Part shown: in pieces, positions 9,869-19,157 of the stretch
Numbering within the stretch: the stretch's first letter is position 1
Layout of the letters: each line of letters starts with the position of its first letter
Source of the DNA: Negativicutes bacterium
GTDB taxonomy: Bacteria; Bacillota; Negativicutes; UBA1444
Direction: 5' to 3'
Assembly: GCA_963665275.2 (NCBI GenBank)
Contig: CAXXIN010000017.1
Location: forward strand, 64,001-128,000
Length of the DNA: 64,000 bases
Position numbers and translations under genes: made by a program
Notes under the pieces: generated by a model
What the model was told of the DNA's origin: nothing
Seen by the model: only the letters and a program-made list of their open reading frames with translations
Database searches by the model: none

Positions 9869-10822
9869 TTATTCAATCACAGGAATGACCGGTTTATCTT
9901 TGCCGCGTTCCTGATATTTATTTTCGATGGCGTCTTTCACATGTTGCACGTAAATATTCTGGATTCCAGCATTTTCTCCCAGCCCATGTAGATACGCATC
10001 AGCCTTGATGCCTGCTTGGAGCAGAATTGATTTTGCGGAATCTTTTTCATCGCCAGCCATATCATTGTTGGCGTGATCGCCGGCCACCACCATAAACGGC
10101 ATCAGCGTAACTTTCTTGATTTTGTTTTGTTTTAGTTTCTCAACAACATTTTCCAGAGTCGGATATCCTTCCACTGTAAATATAAAATTGTTTTTCAGTC
10201 CGGCGTCTTCCATTTTCATTTGCAGCAACGCATATGCGGCATTAGAAGGATTGACGCCGCCATGTCCCATCCAGACGACGGCCTCATCGCTTTTGGGTTT
10301 GGGCAATTGAGTTTGCACCGCTTGAATCGCTGTCAAGTAATCATCGGGCTTTTCTTCCTGACCCATATAATACAAAATCGGTCGCCCTATTTTCAGTTTA
10401 GCAAAAACATTACTTTGGATATAGGGCTCTGCCGCGCGGCGCACCTTCTCATATTCATCACCGGGCTCAATGTGAAGAGGCTGTATGATAACTTCCGTGA
10501 ACCCGTCTACTTTCAGTTTATCCAGCGCCTGCTTTTCTGTGTCAAACTTTATTCCATCACGGTCCGCCACTTTTTTAATAATAATGCGGGATGTAAAAGC
10601 GCTCCTTACGGCATACTCTGGAAACGCAGCGCGAATCTTTTCTTCCACCGCTTCAATCGTTACTTTACGGGTATCCGCGTATGTAGTACCGAAACTAACC
10701 ACTAAAATAGCCTTTTTCCCTGTCTCTGCTTCAGCCGCATAGGCTTTTTCTCCGCCGGTGATTACGCCAAGAGATAACACAGCTAATAATGCCGTCATGA
10801 TCAACCAGATGTTTGTTTTCAA
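9869..10822 (-). CDS. cbiK: Sirohydrochlorin cobaltochelatase CbiK with signal peptide (exported)
   Basis: ILVVSFGTT, AFTSRII, MGHG, TVEGYP, PFMVVAGDHANNDM. N-terminal signal peptide ends AYA. Confidence 0.93.
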   Translation of the reverse strand: MKTNIWLIMTALLAVLSLGVITGGEKAYAAEAETGKKAILVVSFGTTYADTRKVTIEAVEEKIRAAFPEYAVRSAFTSRIIIKKVADRDGIKFDTEKQALDKLKVDGFTEVIIQPLHIEPGDEYEKVRRAAEPYIQSNVFAKLKIGRPILYYMGQEEKPDDYLTAIQAVQTQLPKPKSDEAVVWMGHGGVNPSNAAYALLQMKMEDAGLKNNFIFTVEGYPTLENVVEKLKQNKIKKVTLMPFMVVAGDHANNDMAGDEKDSAKSILLQAGIKADAYLHGLGENAGIQNIYVQHVKDAIENKYQERGKDKPVIPVIE

Positions 10823-10891
10823 TAAAATTCACTCCTTCATTTTAATAATTTGGGCTATATAGTTAGGGCATAACATGGAGTTACGCTCGGA

Positions 10892-10978
10892 TAAAAAAAT
10901 AGCCTCCCACATCGTGAGAAGCTATTTTGGCACAGACAGCGTCTTGATAAAAAATCCCGGCAAAAAATTGCCGGGAAG
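10892..10978 (-). terminator. Two consecutive terminator hairpins in the riboswitch 4 leader
   Basis: TCCCGGCA..TGCCGGGA-TTTTTT, then AATAGCTTCTCAC-GAT-GTGGGAGGCTA-TTTTTTT. Confidence 0.75.
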
Positions 10979-11041
10979 AAATCTAACACAGGAGTCGCGT
11001 CAAAATCCCCTCCCCATCGCGCGTGGGTAAAAACGGTGATT

Positions 11042-11214
11042 GTCAGACAGGCAGTTCTCCTGGCTCTGGATCATAGCTCGCCCAAACCTTCCCAAGACTC
11101 TCGTCCCAGTGGCATTTGATGGGTTCACTCCCCAATACAGTGGCGGGACCGCGCCGGCATTACACCGGACTTCCCTATTAAGCCCTCGCGGGCACCTATC
11201 CCGATATGAAATTT
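11042..11214 (-). ncRNA. Cobalamin riboswitch 4
   Basis: AGGGAAGTCCGGTGTAATGCCGGCGCGGTCCCGCCACTGTA...AGCCAGGAGAACTGCC. Confidence 0.95.
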
Positions 11215-11268
11215 TCAATTAGTTCAGGATTATATCCATGAGTATTTTGTCACGGTTTCCGTTTTTTG

Positions 11269-12522
11269 TCAACCTAAAGCCTGGCGGCAATAATCACGAA
11301 AATTATTTACGGCAGTGAAGAACTCCCGCATCATAATCACCCCGAAGTAAGGCTTCGTCGTTACGAAAACACCTTCCTTCGGGCCTTTATCGATTCCGCC
11401 GCTCAGGCGAAAAAACAGCAGCATCGGCCAAAGAACGATTGAAGCGCTCCAGCCATATTTCTGCCGCAAATGGTTGGCATCGATCCTCAGCCCGAACAGC
11501 TGCATCATAAAATCATACAACATCATCGACAAACGGCTAAAATTGCGCCGCGCCGTAATCGGGAACTTCCCTGCGTCGATCTGTTGTATATACTCAGGGA
11601 TGTTGAACGTGTTCGCATAAACACACCCGCTTAAGTAGCCAAAAGCTCCGCTGCCAATCCCTGCATATTCCTCGTAATTGACAACATATTCATCAATAAG
11701 CGAAGCATCCCGTGAAAAGCACCAAGCCGTGCTGAGCCGGTACTCTTTCTGCAAAGTTGCCTTAATCATCTCATACAGGACTTGCCCGCGTTCGTCACAA
11801 ATAATCCCCATCGTTTTTTCAATCTTGTTGCGCGTAGTTGACGCCATCATCAAAGGGTAAAACGTCACCTGATCCACTTTCAGTTTTAAGAGAACATCCA
11901 AATCCCGTTGCAACTCCGCCTCTGTTTGCCCCGGAAAATTATAAATCATATCGGCGTTAAGCGTTGTAAAGATTCCTTGCGTCTCTTGAAGTCGCCGGGC
12001 AATTTCGTCGCCGCTACCGTACTTATGGAAACGGTCTGTTGCGCGCAAAATCGCGTCGTCAAAAGACTGAATACCCACAGATAACCGGCTTACCCCCGCC
12101 GCTTTCAGCGCCAGCATTCTATCCCGATCCAAATGATTCGGGTTCGTTTCCACCGATATTTCTTGGATATCGAAGTATTTTTTGACCCATGCAATCGTCG
12201 CTATCAATTCATCCATCAACACCGTCGGAGTTCCGCCGCCGATATACAGCGACTTGAAATTATAGCCGCCCCGCTCGTGATACATCAGAATTTCTTTGCG
12301 CAGTGCGGCAAAGTAACTACGAGCCAATTCTTCTTGAAACTTGACCCGATGAAAAGAACAATATGTACAGAGTTCTTCACAAAAAGGGATGTGTATATAC
12401 AGCATTAACGGAGCACGGGGTTCTGTCGGATGCGGCGGCTCACCAGAGGTATTATCATCAAACTGAATATAGCGGTTCGACATATTGCGTGCAACATAGC
12501 CAACAAAGCGTTCCAAAAACAT
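11269..12522 (-). CDS. HemN-like class C radical SAM enzyme, probable menaquinone methyltransferase (MenK/MqnK type)
   Basis: YIHIPFCEELCTYCSF, YIGGGTPT, QVTFYPLM, AWCFSR, DEYVVNYEEYAGIGSGAF. GGGGAG RBS before MFLERF. Confidence 0.7.
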   Translation of the reverse strand: MFLERFVGYVARNMSNRYIQFDDNTSGEPPHPTEPRAPLMLYIHIPFCEELCTYCSFHRVKFQEELARSYFAALRKEILMYHERGGYNFKSLYIGGGTPTVLMDELIATIAWVKKYFDIQEISVETNPNHLDRDRMLALKAAGVSRLSVGIQSFDDAILRATDRFHKYGSGDEIARRLQETQGIFTTLNADMIYNFPGQTEAELQRDLDVLLKLKVDQVTFYPLMMASTTRNKIEKTMGIICDERGQVLYEMIKATLQKEYRLSTAWCFSRDASLIDEYVVNYEEYAGIGSGAFGYLSGCVYANTFNIPEYIQQIDAGKFPITARRNFSRLSMMLYDFMMQLFGLRIDANHLRQKYGWSASIVLWPMLLFFRLSGGIDKGPKEGVFVTTKPYFGVIMMREFFTAVNNFRDYCRQALG

Positions 12523-12588
12523 AGGCTCCCCACATTTTCTGAAATTCATCAAACAAAATCATTTATATTATACCTCATTGGGGCAAAA

Positions 12589-12775
12589 TCAGTCGAACAC
12601 AGAAATAACCGGCTTGCCCTTGTTCCACGCGATATACATTAACCTTGAATCCTGCTTTCGTTAGACAGTTTCCGCCGAATCCTCCTCATCGCCGGCCATA
12701 TCATTTTGGGCATGATCGCCGGCTACCAGCATAAACGGCATTAAGTCAATTCCAGTTCTGGTTTGCCAAGCTTTC
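12589..12775 (-). pseudogene. Decayed cbiK remnant
   Basis: LMPFMLVAGDHAQNDMAGDEEDSAE, then in shifted frames LTKAGFKVNVY and KGKPVISVFD*. These match the C-terminus of the intact CbiK (LMPFMVVAGDHANNDMAGDEKDSAK...KDKPVIPVIE*). Confidence 0.88.
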
Positions 12776-12789
12776 AAAATTGCGCTCCA

Positions 12790-15700
12790 CTACCCGTCCT
12801 CGTTTCCGTCGCTCCGCTCCTCCAGTTCCCCCTCAATCGACAGATACAATTTGCGCAGTTCATCCAATGTATTTTCTTTGGCCTCCCACATACCCCGTTG
12901 TTGCGCTTCCAGCAGTTTTTCGGCAATGCGTCGCAACGCCCATGGATTGACTTCATTCATCCATTCTTGTATCGCAGGATCGAGCGCATACTTTGCAGCC
13001 AGCGTCTCATACATCCAGTTTTCCATCACCAGACTCGTGGCATCCCAATCATAGCAATGCGCCGCTACCGCCGCCAAATCGGCCGCGCCTTTATAACCAT
13101 GCTTTTTCATTCCCTCGATGTATTTTGGATTCATCGCCTCGCCGCGAAAAACCCGCGTGAACTCTTCTTCCAGGCTCCGAACCACGACTCGTCCACGATC
13201 CGAACTATCGCCGCAATATGATCGGGGAGCGCTGCCCCGCAGACTACGCACCGCCGCGACCATACCGCCATGGTAAGCGTTAAAATCATCCGAGTGCAAT
13301 AAATTGACTTCCCGGTTGTCTTCATTCTTTACCGTTACTTCCATCGTCGCCAAGCGTCGACTGAACCGCTCCGGTAAAAAATCTCCCTTGGCCTTCGCCC
13401 CGTAAGCATAAGCACCCCAACGCACGTACACTTTGCCAAGATCATCAACGCTTTCCCAGTTTTTTGCTTCCAATAATGCACCGACCCCGGCTCCATAGCT
13501 GCCAGGCGGACAGCCGAAAATGCGGTAGCCTGCCTGCTCGCGTGCTTCCTTGCCACGTAATCCCGTCTGCTCCAATTCCGTCGTTTCCGCTTCAATATGC
13601 TTGCGCACATAGTTTTCTTCCGCTGATTCAACCTGCGCCGCAGCCATCGCCACCGCCCGATCCATCCACTGCACCGCAAACGGCATGGAGTCTCGGAACA
13701 AGCCACTGATACGGGCCGTCACATCGATACGGGGACGCTTGAGTTCAGCAAGTGGGATCACTTCCAGCCCCGTCACACGTCCGCTGCCTTTCTGCCACAC
13801 TGGCCGAATTCCCAGGAAATATAGAAATTGGGCAATGCACTGCCCCCGGCTGCGCATATTGGCCCCGCTCCAGAGAATGACCCCGATGCTTTCCGGGTAA
13901 TGTCCTTCTTCGGCAACAAACCGTTCGATGAGCAAATCGCCCAATTGTTTGCCGCATTCCCAGGCCACCGACGACGGCAATGTTCGAGGGTCGACGCCGT
14001 AAAAGTTGCGTCCGGTCGGCAAAATATCGGCCATGCCGCTTGTTGGCGCACCCGCCGGTCCCGGTTCCACAAACCGCCCGCTCAAAGCGGCAAGGGAGTT
14101 GTCCATTTCTTGCGCCGTCAAGGCCAGATTTCGTTGCAACGGCCCGCAGAGATATTCCAACACCTGTCGCAATGCCGACAACTTTTCCGTTGCCGCGTTC
14201 TGCAGCCATTCGATTTCGCATTGGAGTGCGGGCCAGGTGTTCGCCAACTGAAATTCCGTTTCCACTAGTCGCAGCACAAGGCTTCGACAGTCCTCGCGAA
14301 CCTCGTCCAGCACAGCCCCGTAAGTCTTTGCTGTTTCGGTTATCCGCTCGCCCTGGCGATCCTGCAATTCTTCGTAACCATATCCTTTAAGTGCCGCGAC
14401 AGAAGTGAACAGCGACGGAATCTCCCCGTTTTGCAGTCGTGTCATCGCCAGCAGATATTCCACCAGCGAGTCCCCTATTGGAGCATGTCCGAGGATATGC
14501 AATCCAACGCGGATTTGCATATTCTTCAGATCGCTGACATAGGCATGCAGCCGTTCCAGATAGCTCTCGATATTCTCGCCGCCCTCCGGCGGGTTCACTG
14601 TATCATTCAGATTGGCGGCTGTAGCTGCCGCGAGAATTTGCACTGCGGTTTGATCCAATTTTTCCGGTTGGTTCAGTTTATAGTGCCAATACTCATCCAC
14701 CAACCGCTCCACATCCACCAGTTCATCATAAACTCCCGCATGGCTCATGGGCGGCGTCTGGTGACCGATGAGGCAGGCCGCGCCACGTCTTTTGGCCTGC
14801 ATCCCTTCGCCGACGATGGTGATCAGATACGGATAAATATTAGGCAGATCACCGAGCGCCAATTCCGGGTAACACTCGCCGGACAACCCCGTCGCTTTCC
14901 CCGGCAGCCACTCCAGCGAGCCATGGGTACCGATATGCATCACCGCGTCAGCACCGAAATCGTCCCGCAGCCATTCATAAAAAGCCAGATAATGGTGCGT
15001 GGGCGCGCAGTCAGGCGAGTGGTATATTTTCGCCGGGTCTTCACCGAATCCGCGCGGCGGCTGTACACTCACCACGATATTCCCCAACCGCATTCCCGGT
15101 ACAAGGAGGGCATCCCCGCGAACAAAAACCTTTCCCGGCGGAATTCCCCAGTCGCGGGTCAATTGCGTGGCCGGTTTGGACGGCAATCGGTCAAACCATT
15201 TCTGATAATCCGCAGCAGCCAAGTGGCCCAAAAATCCACCGGTTGCTTTTTCATCCGAGAACTCCCGATCATTCGTCCCGCACGCAATCAGGGAGTTCAT
15301 CAGGGTTTGGCTATCTTCCGGCAACGTCCCGACATCATAGCCTTCTTGCTGCATCCGGCGCAACAATTCCAGTACACTCGCCGGCGAATCCAACCCTGCC
15401 GCATTACCGATCGCGGCATTGGTCGGCGGGTAATTATGAAAAATAATAGCGACTTTTTTCTCCGAATTTGGCTTATGGCGCAACCTTGCCCATTTTTCAG
15501 CCTTGCGCGCCAACAGATCCATGCGTTCGGCTATCGGTGGATGGTGGATATCACCACCTCCCCGATCTTCTTTGCTGGCAAAAGGAACACTATGAATCAC
15601 GCCATCAAACTCCGGCAAGGAAACACTAAACGACAAATCCAACGGGGTCAACCCCTCAAGATTATCCCGCCACATTGTTTCGCTCTGAAGCAACGTATAG

Positions 15701-16524
15701 GCCTGCAAAATCGGCCGGCCCAAGTGTTGAAAGAAAGAAATGTCGATAGGACGCCCCACTGTCAAGGAAAACTTCAACGTGTTGATTACCACATCAACAA
15801 TCCAGCCGGATTCATCCCGAAAATAAGTTTCGATCGCCGTATCCACACCGGTACTTTGCTGAAGGGGATCAGCCGCCCAATGGCTAAATACGGGAATCAC
15901 GTTCAGCTCACGCTCCACCAGCGTTTTTACCAAAAGACTCTGATGTTTCAGATCCCCCCAGATCCACTCGTCCCGTGGAATCAAAAGACCGACTGTAAGC
16001 CTCCCTGGTTTTAACCACCCCTGCCTCTTATAGTCGTCTAATGATGCTATCCGCTGGTTATCACGCGGGTTTATAATCCCGCTCCAGGGGAGTTCCTGCG
16101 GCTCCCCGGTTTTCTCTTCATGGCCGCAAAAACGTCCGGCCAGCCAGCGCCACAAATTGCGGTAATTATGCTGCCCGCTAAACAACAGATAGCGATTCAC
16201 CGTCTCAATATTGGCCACGGTAAAACCTTGCGACGTATCTTCCTGATCAACACCGGATCCCATCAACAAATAAGGTTTGCCGCTCTCGCGCAGGAGCTTC
16301 AATGATTGTTGAATCAGCTTACTGTCGGAAGAACTTCCCATCCACGAAATCAACGTAACCGTCGCATTCGATAACTGGGTTTTCCATTCATCGCTCCACG
16401 ATGCACGTGGATCCGCCATAACCGCATCCCCTGCCGGAAAATCCGCCGACAGGGCCAGTTGCTTCAGAGTCTTGTCCATCATACTGGCTTGCCGGGTCAA
16501 GTTGGTAATGAATAAGATCCGCAT
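12790..16524 (-). CDS. cobN: Cobaltochelatase large subunit CobN
   Basis: 1244 aa with PEFDG, HNYPP, QPPRG, HIGTHGSLEWLPGK, LPTGRNFY and RPRIDV motifs of the CobN/ChlH family. Confidence 0.95.
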   Translation of the reverse strand: MRILFITNLTRQASMMDKTLKQLALSADFPAGDAVMADPRASWSDEWKTQLSNATVTLISWMGSSSDSKLIQQSLKLLRESGKPYLLMGSGVDQEDTSQGFTVANIETVNRYLLFSGQHNYRNLWRWLAGRFCGHEEKTGEPQELPWSGIINPRDNQRIASLDDYKRQGWLKPGRLTVGLLIPRDEWIWGDLKHQSLLVKTLVERELNVIPVFSHWAADPLQQSTGVDTAIETYFRDESGWIVDVVINTLKFSLTVGRPIDISFFQHLGRPILQAYTLLQSETMWRDNLEGLTPLDLSFSVSLPEFDGVIHSVPFASKEDRGGGDIHHPPIAERMDLLARKAEKWARLRHKPNSEKKVAIIFHNYPPTNAAIGNAAGLDSPASVLELLRRMQQEGYDVGTLPEDSQTLMNSLIACGTNDREFSDEKATGGFLGHLAAADYQKWFDRLPSKPATQLTRDWGIPPGKVFVRGDALLVPGMRLGNIVVSVQPPRGFGEDPAKIYHSPDCAPTHHYLAFYEWLRDDFGADAVMHIGTHGSLEWLPGKATGLSGECYPELALGDLPNIYPYLITIVGEGMQAKRRGAACLIGHQTPPMSHAGVYDELVDVERLVDEYWHYKLNQPEKLDQTAVQILAAATAANLNDTVNPPEGGENIESYLERLHAYVSDLKNMQIRVGLHILGHAPIGDSLVEYLLAMTRLQNGEIPSLFTSVAALKGYGYEELQDRQGERITETAKTYGAVLDEVREDCRSLVLRLVETEFQLANTWPALQCEIEWLQNAATEKLSALRQVLEYLCGPLQRNLALTAQEMDNSLAALSGRFVEPGPAGAPTSGMADILPTGRNFYGVDPRTLPSSVAWECGKQLGDLLIERFVAEEGHYPESIGVILWSGANMRSRGQCIAQFLYFLGIRPVWQKGSGRVTGLEVIPLAELKRPRIDVTARISGLFRDSMPFAVQWMDRAVAMAAAQVESAEENYVRKHIEAETTELEQTGLRGKEAREQAGYRIFGCPPGSYGAGVGALLEAKNWESVDDLGKVYVRWGAYAYGAKAKGDFLPERFSRRLATMEVTVKNEDNREVNLLHSDDFNAYHGGMVAAVRSLRGSAPRSYCGDSSDRGRVVVRSLEEEFTRVFRGEAMNPKYIEGMKKHGYKGAADLAAVAAHCYDWDATSLVMENWMYETLAAKYALDPAIQEWMNEVNPWALRRIAEKLLEAQQRGMWEAKENTLDELRKLYLSIEGELEERSDGNEDG

Positions 16525-16526
16525 AA

Positions 16527-16829
16527 TCAGCGCTCCTCCACCGAATCCGTGTAGTCACTTTCATAACGAACAAAATGCTCAAAATCATCCCGCCGGGGAA
16601 AACTAATCGCGGCAGACGGGCACTTTGGCACACATCCGCTGCATAACACCACGCATTCATATGGATGGGAAACGATTGGCTTGCCTGTTGATTCATCCAA
16701 GGTATAAACCCTTTTCGGGCAGAATTCGAAACATACTTTGCAGCCGATGCACCGAGTAGCATCAAGCGTCGGGTACCATTCAATCTGATCCCGGTCTACC
16801 AACAACGTCCGTTTTCGACGCACCTGCAT
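16527..16829 (-). CDS. 2x[4Fe-4S] ferredoxin-like protein
   Basis: CIGCKVCFEFCP and CVVLCSGCVPKCP. Confidence 0.85.
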   Translation of the reverse strand: MQVRRKRTLLVDRDQIEWYPTLDATRCIGCKVCFEFCPKRVYTLDESTGKPIVSHPYECVVLCSGCVPKCPSAAISFPRRDDFEHFVRYESDYTDSVEER

Positions 16830-16842
16830 TTTTTCACCCGCC

Positions 16843-18279
16843 TTACAATCCAATCTTTTTCCATACATGAATCCGATAGGCCCCGATGATCGCACCGCTA
16901 TCCAGCTGAAGCGGCGCTTCCATCCCCACCATGTGCGTAGCATTGGCGGCAACCGCAACACAGGGACCTTCTGTCGGCAAAAAATCCACGATATCCAGTT
17001 CCGGCGTCGACAACATCACCATGCCATGGATGGATGTGTCTTTGGTTCGAATGTTTCGCCCGATCGCTACCGCCAACTGATTGCCCGTGCTTTTGAATTC
17101 TTCCACCATGCCGCCCAGCTTGCGACGTTTCAGCAAACTTCCCTCATGATCAAATAGAAATACACTGTTGCTCTGGGGATGCTCCACCGGTGTCGGCAAT
17201 TGCCAATTCGCCCTGTTATACGTATTCCCTGTGGAAAACGCCACATATTCGCCGACATGCTGGACATGCAGTCCGGTAGCATTCAGAAACACCCCCTGGA
17301 TTTTCTGTGGGGCACTCAGCGTCCGCGTCCACAACAGTTTTCCTGTAGCAACCAGCAAAAACGCGCGCCCATCAGCCGAGACTCCGCCGAGATATTTGCC
17401 ATCATCGGAAATCGTCGGCCCAAAACGCATGTTCGTGCGGTCATAGGGGGGAACTGTCGCCAGCGCTTGACTCCAACGAAACTCGCCCGTCTTGGCGTCA
17501 AAAACATATACATTATCTTTATATTTTCGTTCCGGACCCGGCGTATAGTCCGAAGTTCCAAAGGTCAGCGTCGTTCCTGCCTCATCCACATCGCACCAGC
17601 TGACCCACACGTCCAGATTGTGGTCGCGAGGAAACTGCATCACAACCCCTTTGTCATCGAACTTATAGATCCGGGCAAAATACTCCGTCTTTCCGCTGGA
17701 AAAGCGGATGGAGCGCAACGCCACCGCATAGGCATTGCCGACTCCATCCACAGTGATGGACATTATGCCAGGAAACGTCTTTTGGCGAATATCCACGCCC
17801 AGCTCATCGACACTGGACTTGCGCCAGAGCTCGGAACCAGTAGTCGCGTCAATACAGATCACGGCGCCCTGTTGACTGTTTTCACCGACATAAATTAGGC
17901 GTGCGTCCTTGGAAAATTCCAATGCGCTGATTTTCCCCATGCCGATCTTACGACTCCATTGCCGGTTTCCCTGCAAGTCCAGCAGCATCACTTCGCCGCT
18001 CTCTGTACCTACAACCAGACGCGAACCCTCCGGTGAGAGCCGGATCAGTCCGGGAGTCGATCCCATCTGCTTGAACCCGCGAATTTCTACCTTGCCCAGC
18101 GGAATCTCGCTGATTTTTTCATACCGCCCCACGCGGCTGACATTTTTTTTGGCAGTCGCCACCCCTTCAATCGGTTGTAATTCAGGAAAAATATGCAGCG
18201 CCAGCCCCACCAGACTGCCAAGAAACAACAGGAATATCCCAGCTGTAATTATTTTACTTTTTATCTCACTCACAACCAC
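16843..18279 (-). CDS. Membrane-anchored PQQ-like/WD40 beta-propeller protein
   Basis: N-terminal TM and repeated D-x-x-T-G-x-x-x-W blades (DATTGSELW, DAKTGEFRW, ATGKLLW). Confidence 0.75.
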   Translation of the reverse strand: MVVSEIKSKIITAGIFLLFLGSLVGLALHIFPELQPIEGVATAKKNVSRVGRYEKISEIPLGKVEIRGFKQMGSTPGLIRLSPEGSRLVVGTESGEVMLLDLQGNRQWSRKIGMGKISALEFSKDARLIYVGENSQQGAVICIDATTGSELWRKSSVDELGVDIRQKTFPGIMSITVDGVGNAYAVALRSIRFSSGKTEYFARIYKFDDKGVVMQFPRDHNLDVWVSWCDVDEAGTTLTFGTSDYTPGPERKYKDNVYVFDAKTGEFRWSQALATVPPYDRTNMRFGPTISDDGKYLGGVSADGRAFLLVATGKLLWTRTLSAPQKIQGVFLNATGLHVQHVGEYVAFSTGNTYNRANWQLPTPVEHPQSNSVFLFDHEGSLLKRRKLGGMVEEFKSTGNQLAVAIGRNIRTKDTSIHGMVMLSTPELDIVDFLPTEGPCVAVAANATHMVGMEAPLQLDSGAIIGAYRIHVWKKIGL

Positions 18280-19157
18280 ACCGCCATGAAGTCATATACG
18301 CCGCGCAACTCAGGGAAATAAGCAAGTCCGTTAAACTGCAATACATATAGCATTTTCAAGGTGGTGCCTGTCGCAATTCCGGCGAATACCATCAGGCAAG
18401 CAAGCCTTTCCACAACGGGCCACGCAGTCAACCCTGCCCGCTGCCCACAGCGACCAAATCCCCGGCTTTCCACCGACAATGCCAATGTCGCAGCCCGACG
18501 CAAGGCACGCGCCAAAATTGGGAACAAAACATAAAATGCAGTCCGCACCCATCGCAACGGAGAGAGCGTCCGCATCGGTTCAAATCCGCGCAGACGTTGC
18601 GCCGTAAGCACAATCGCCGTTTCTTCAAAAATCACCGGCAGAAACCGCAAGCTGGTAATCAGCATAAAGGCAATGGGATAGGGCATCTTCCAATGCAAAA
18701 AACACTGCAACAATTGCCGGGGATCGGTGGTCCAGCAAATGAGCAACCCGCAGGCAAGCATGATTCCTGAGCGCAGGGCTTGCACCGCCCCATGTTCCAG
18801 TCCTTCACGATAAACAAAGATACCCCCTGTCGCCTCACCGATCCAGGGCACGGTCGGGGATACCAGGCAGGCAATCATCGTACGCGGTTCCTGATTATAA
18901 AAAAGAGCCTGACTGAGCATCGCACCCCAAATTCCAACGAGCAAAAAGATAATCAGGATCTTCCAACGCTCAACCGAAGAGCGGGCAACAACATGAAAGC
19001 CCAACGACAACAAAAATACCAAGAATAATGGTCGCGGCCCTTCCAGGCCCACAGCAAATAGCACAATCGCCGCCAACAATACGAGCTTTGTTCGAACGTC
19101 CAAGTTGTGAACCGGCGTATCAGCAGGCGTTGCTTCCCAGACTTGTCTGTTGTACAT
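18270..19157 (-). CDS. ECF transporter transmembrane T component (CbiQ/EcfT-like)
   Basis: LDVRTKL, LRFLP, AQRLRG and ESRGF motifs. GGAGG RBS before MYNRQ. Confidence 0.9.
   Translation of the reverse strand: MYNRQVWEATPADTPVHNLDVRTKLVLLAAIVLFAVGLEGPRPLFLVFLLSLGFHVVARSSVERWKILIIFLLVGIWGAMLSQALFYNQEPRTMIACLVSPTVPWIGEATGGIFVYREGLEHGAVQALRSGIMLACGLLICWTTDPRQLLQCFLHWKMPYPIAFMLITSLRFLPVIFEETAIVLTAQRLRGFEPMRTLSPLRWVRTAFYVLFPILARALRRAATLALSVESRGFGRCGQRAGLTAWPVVERLACLMVFAGIATGTTLKMLYVLQFNGLAYFPELRGVYDFMAVWL

Noticed and set aside
14431-16014. 527-aa plus-strand ORF and other long antisense ORFs (e.g. 19831-20622, 37866-38843)
   Set aside because: They are shadow frames opposite well-supported genes, with no recognisable motifs.
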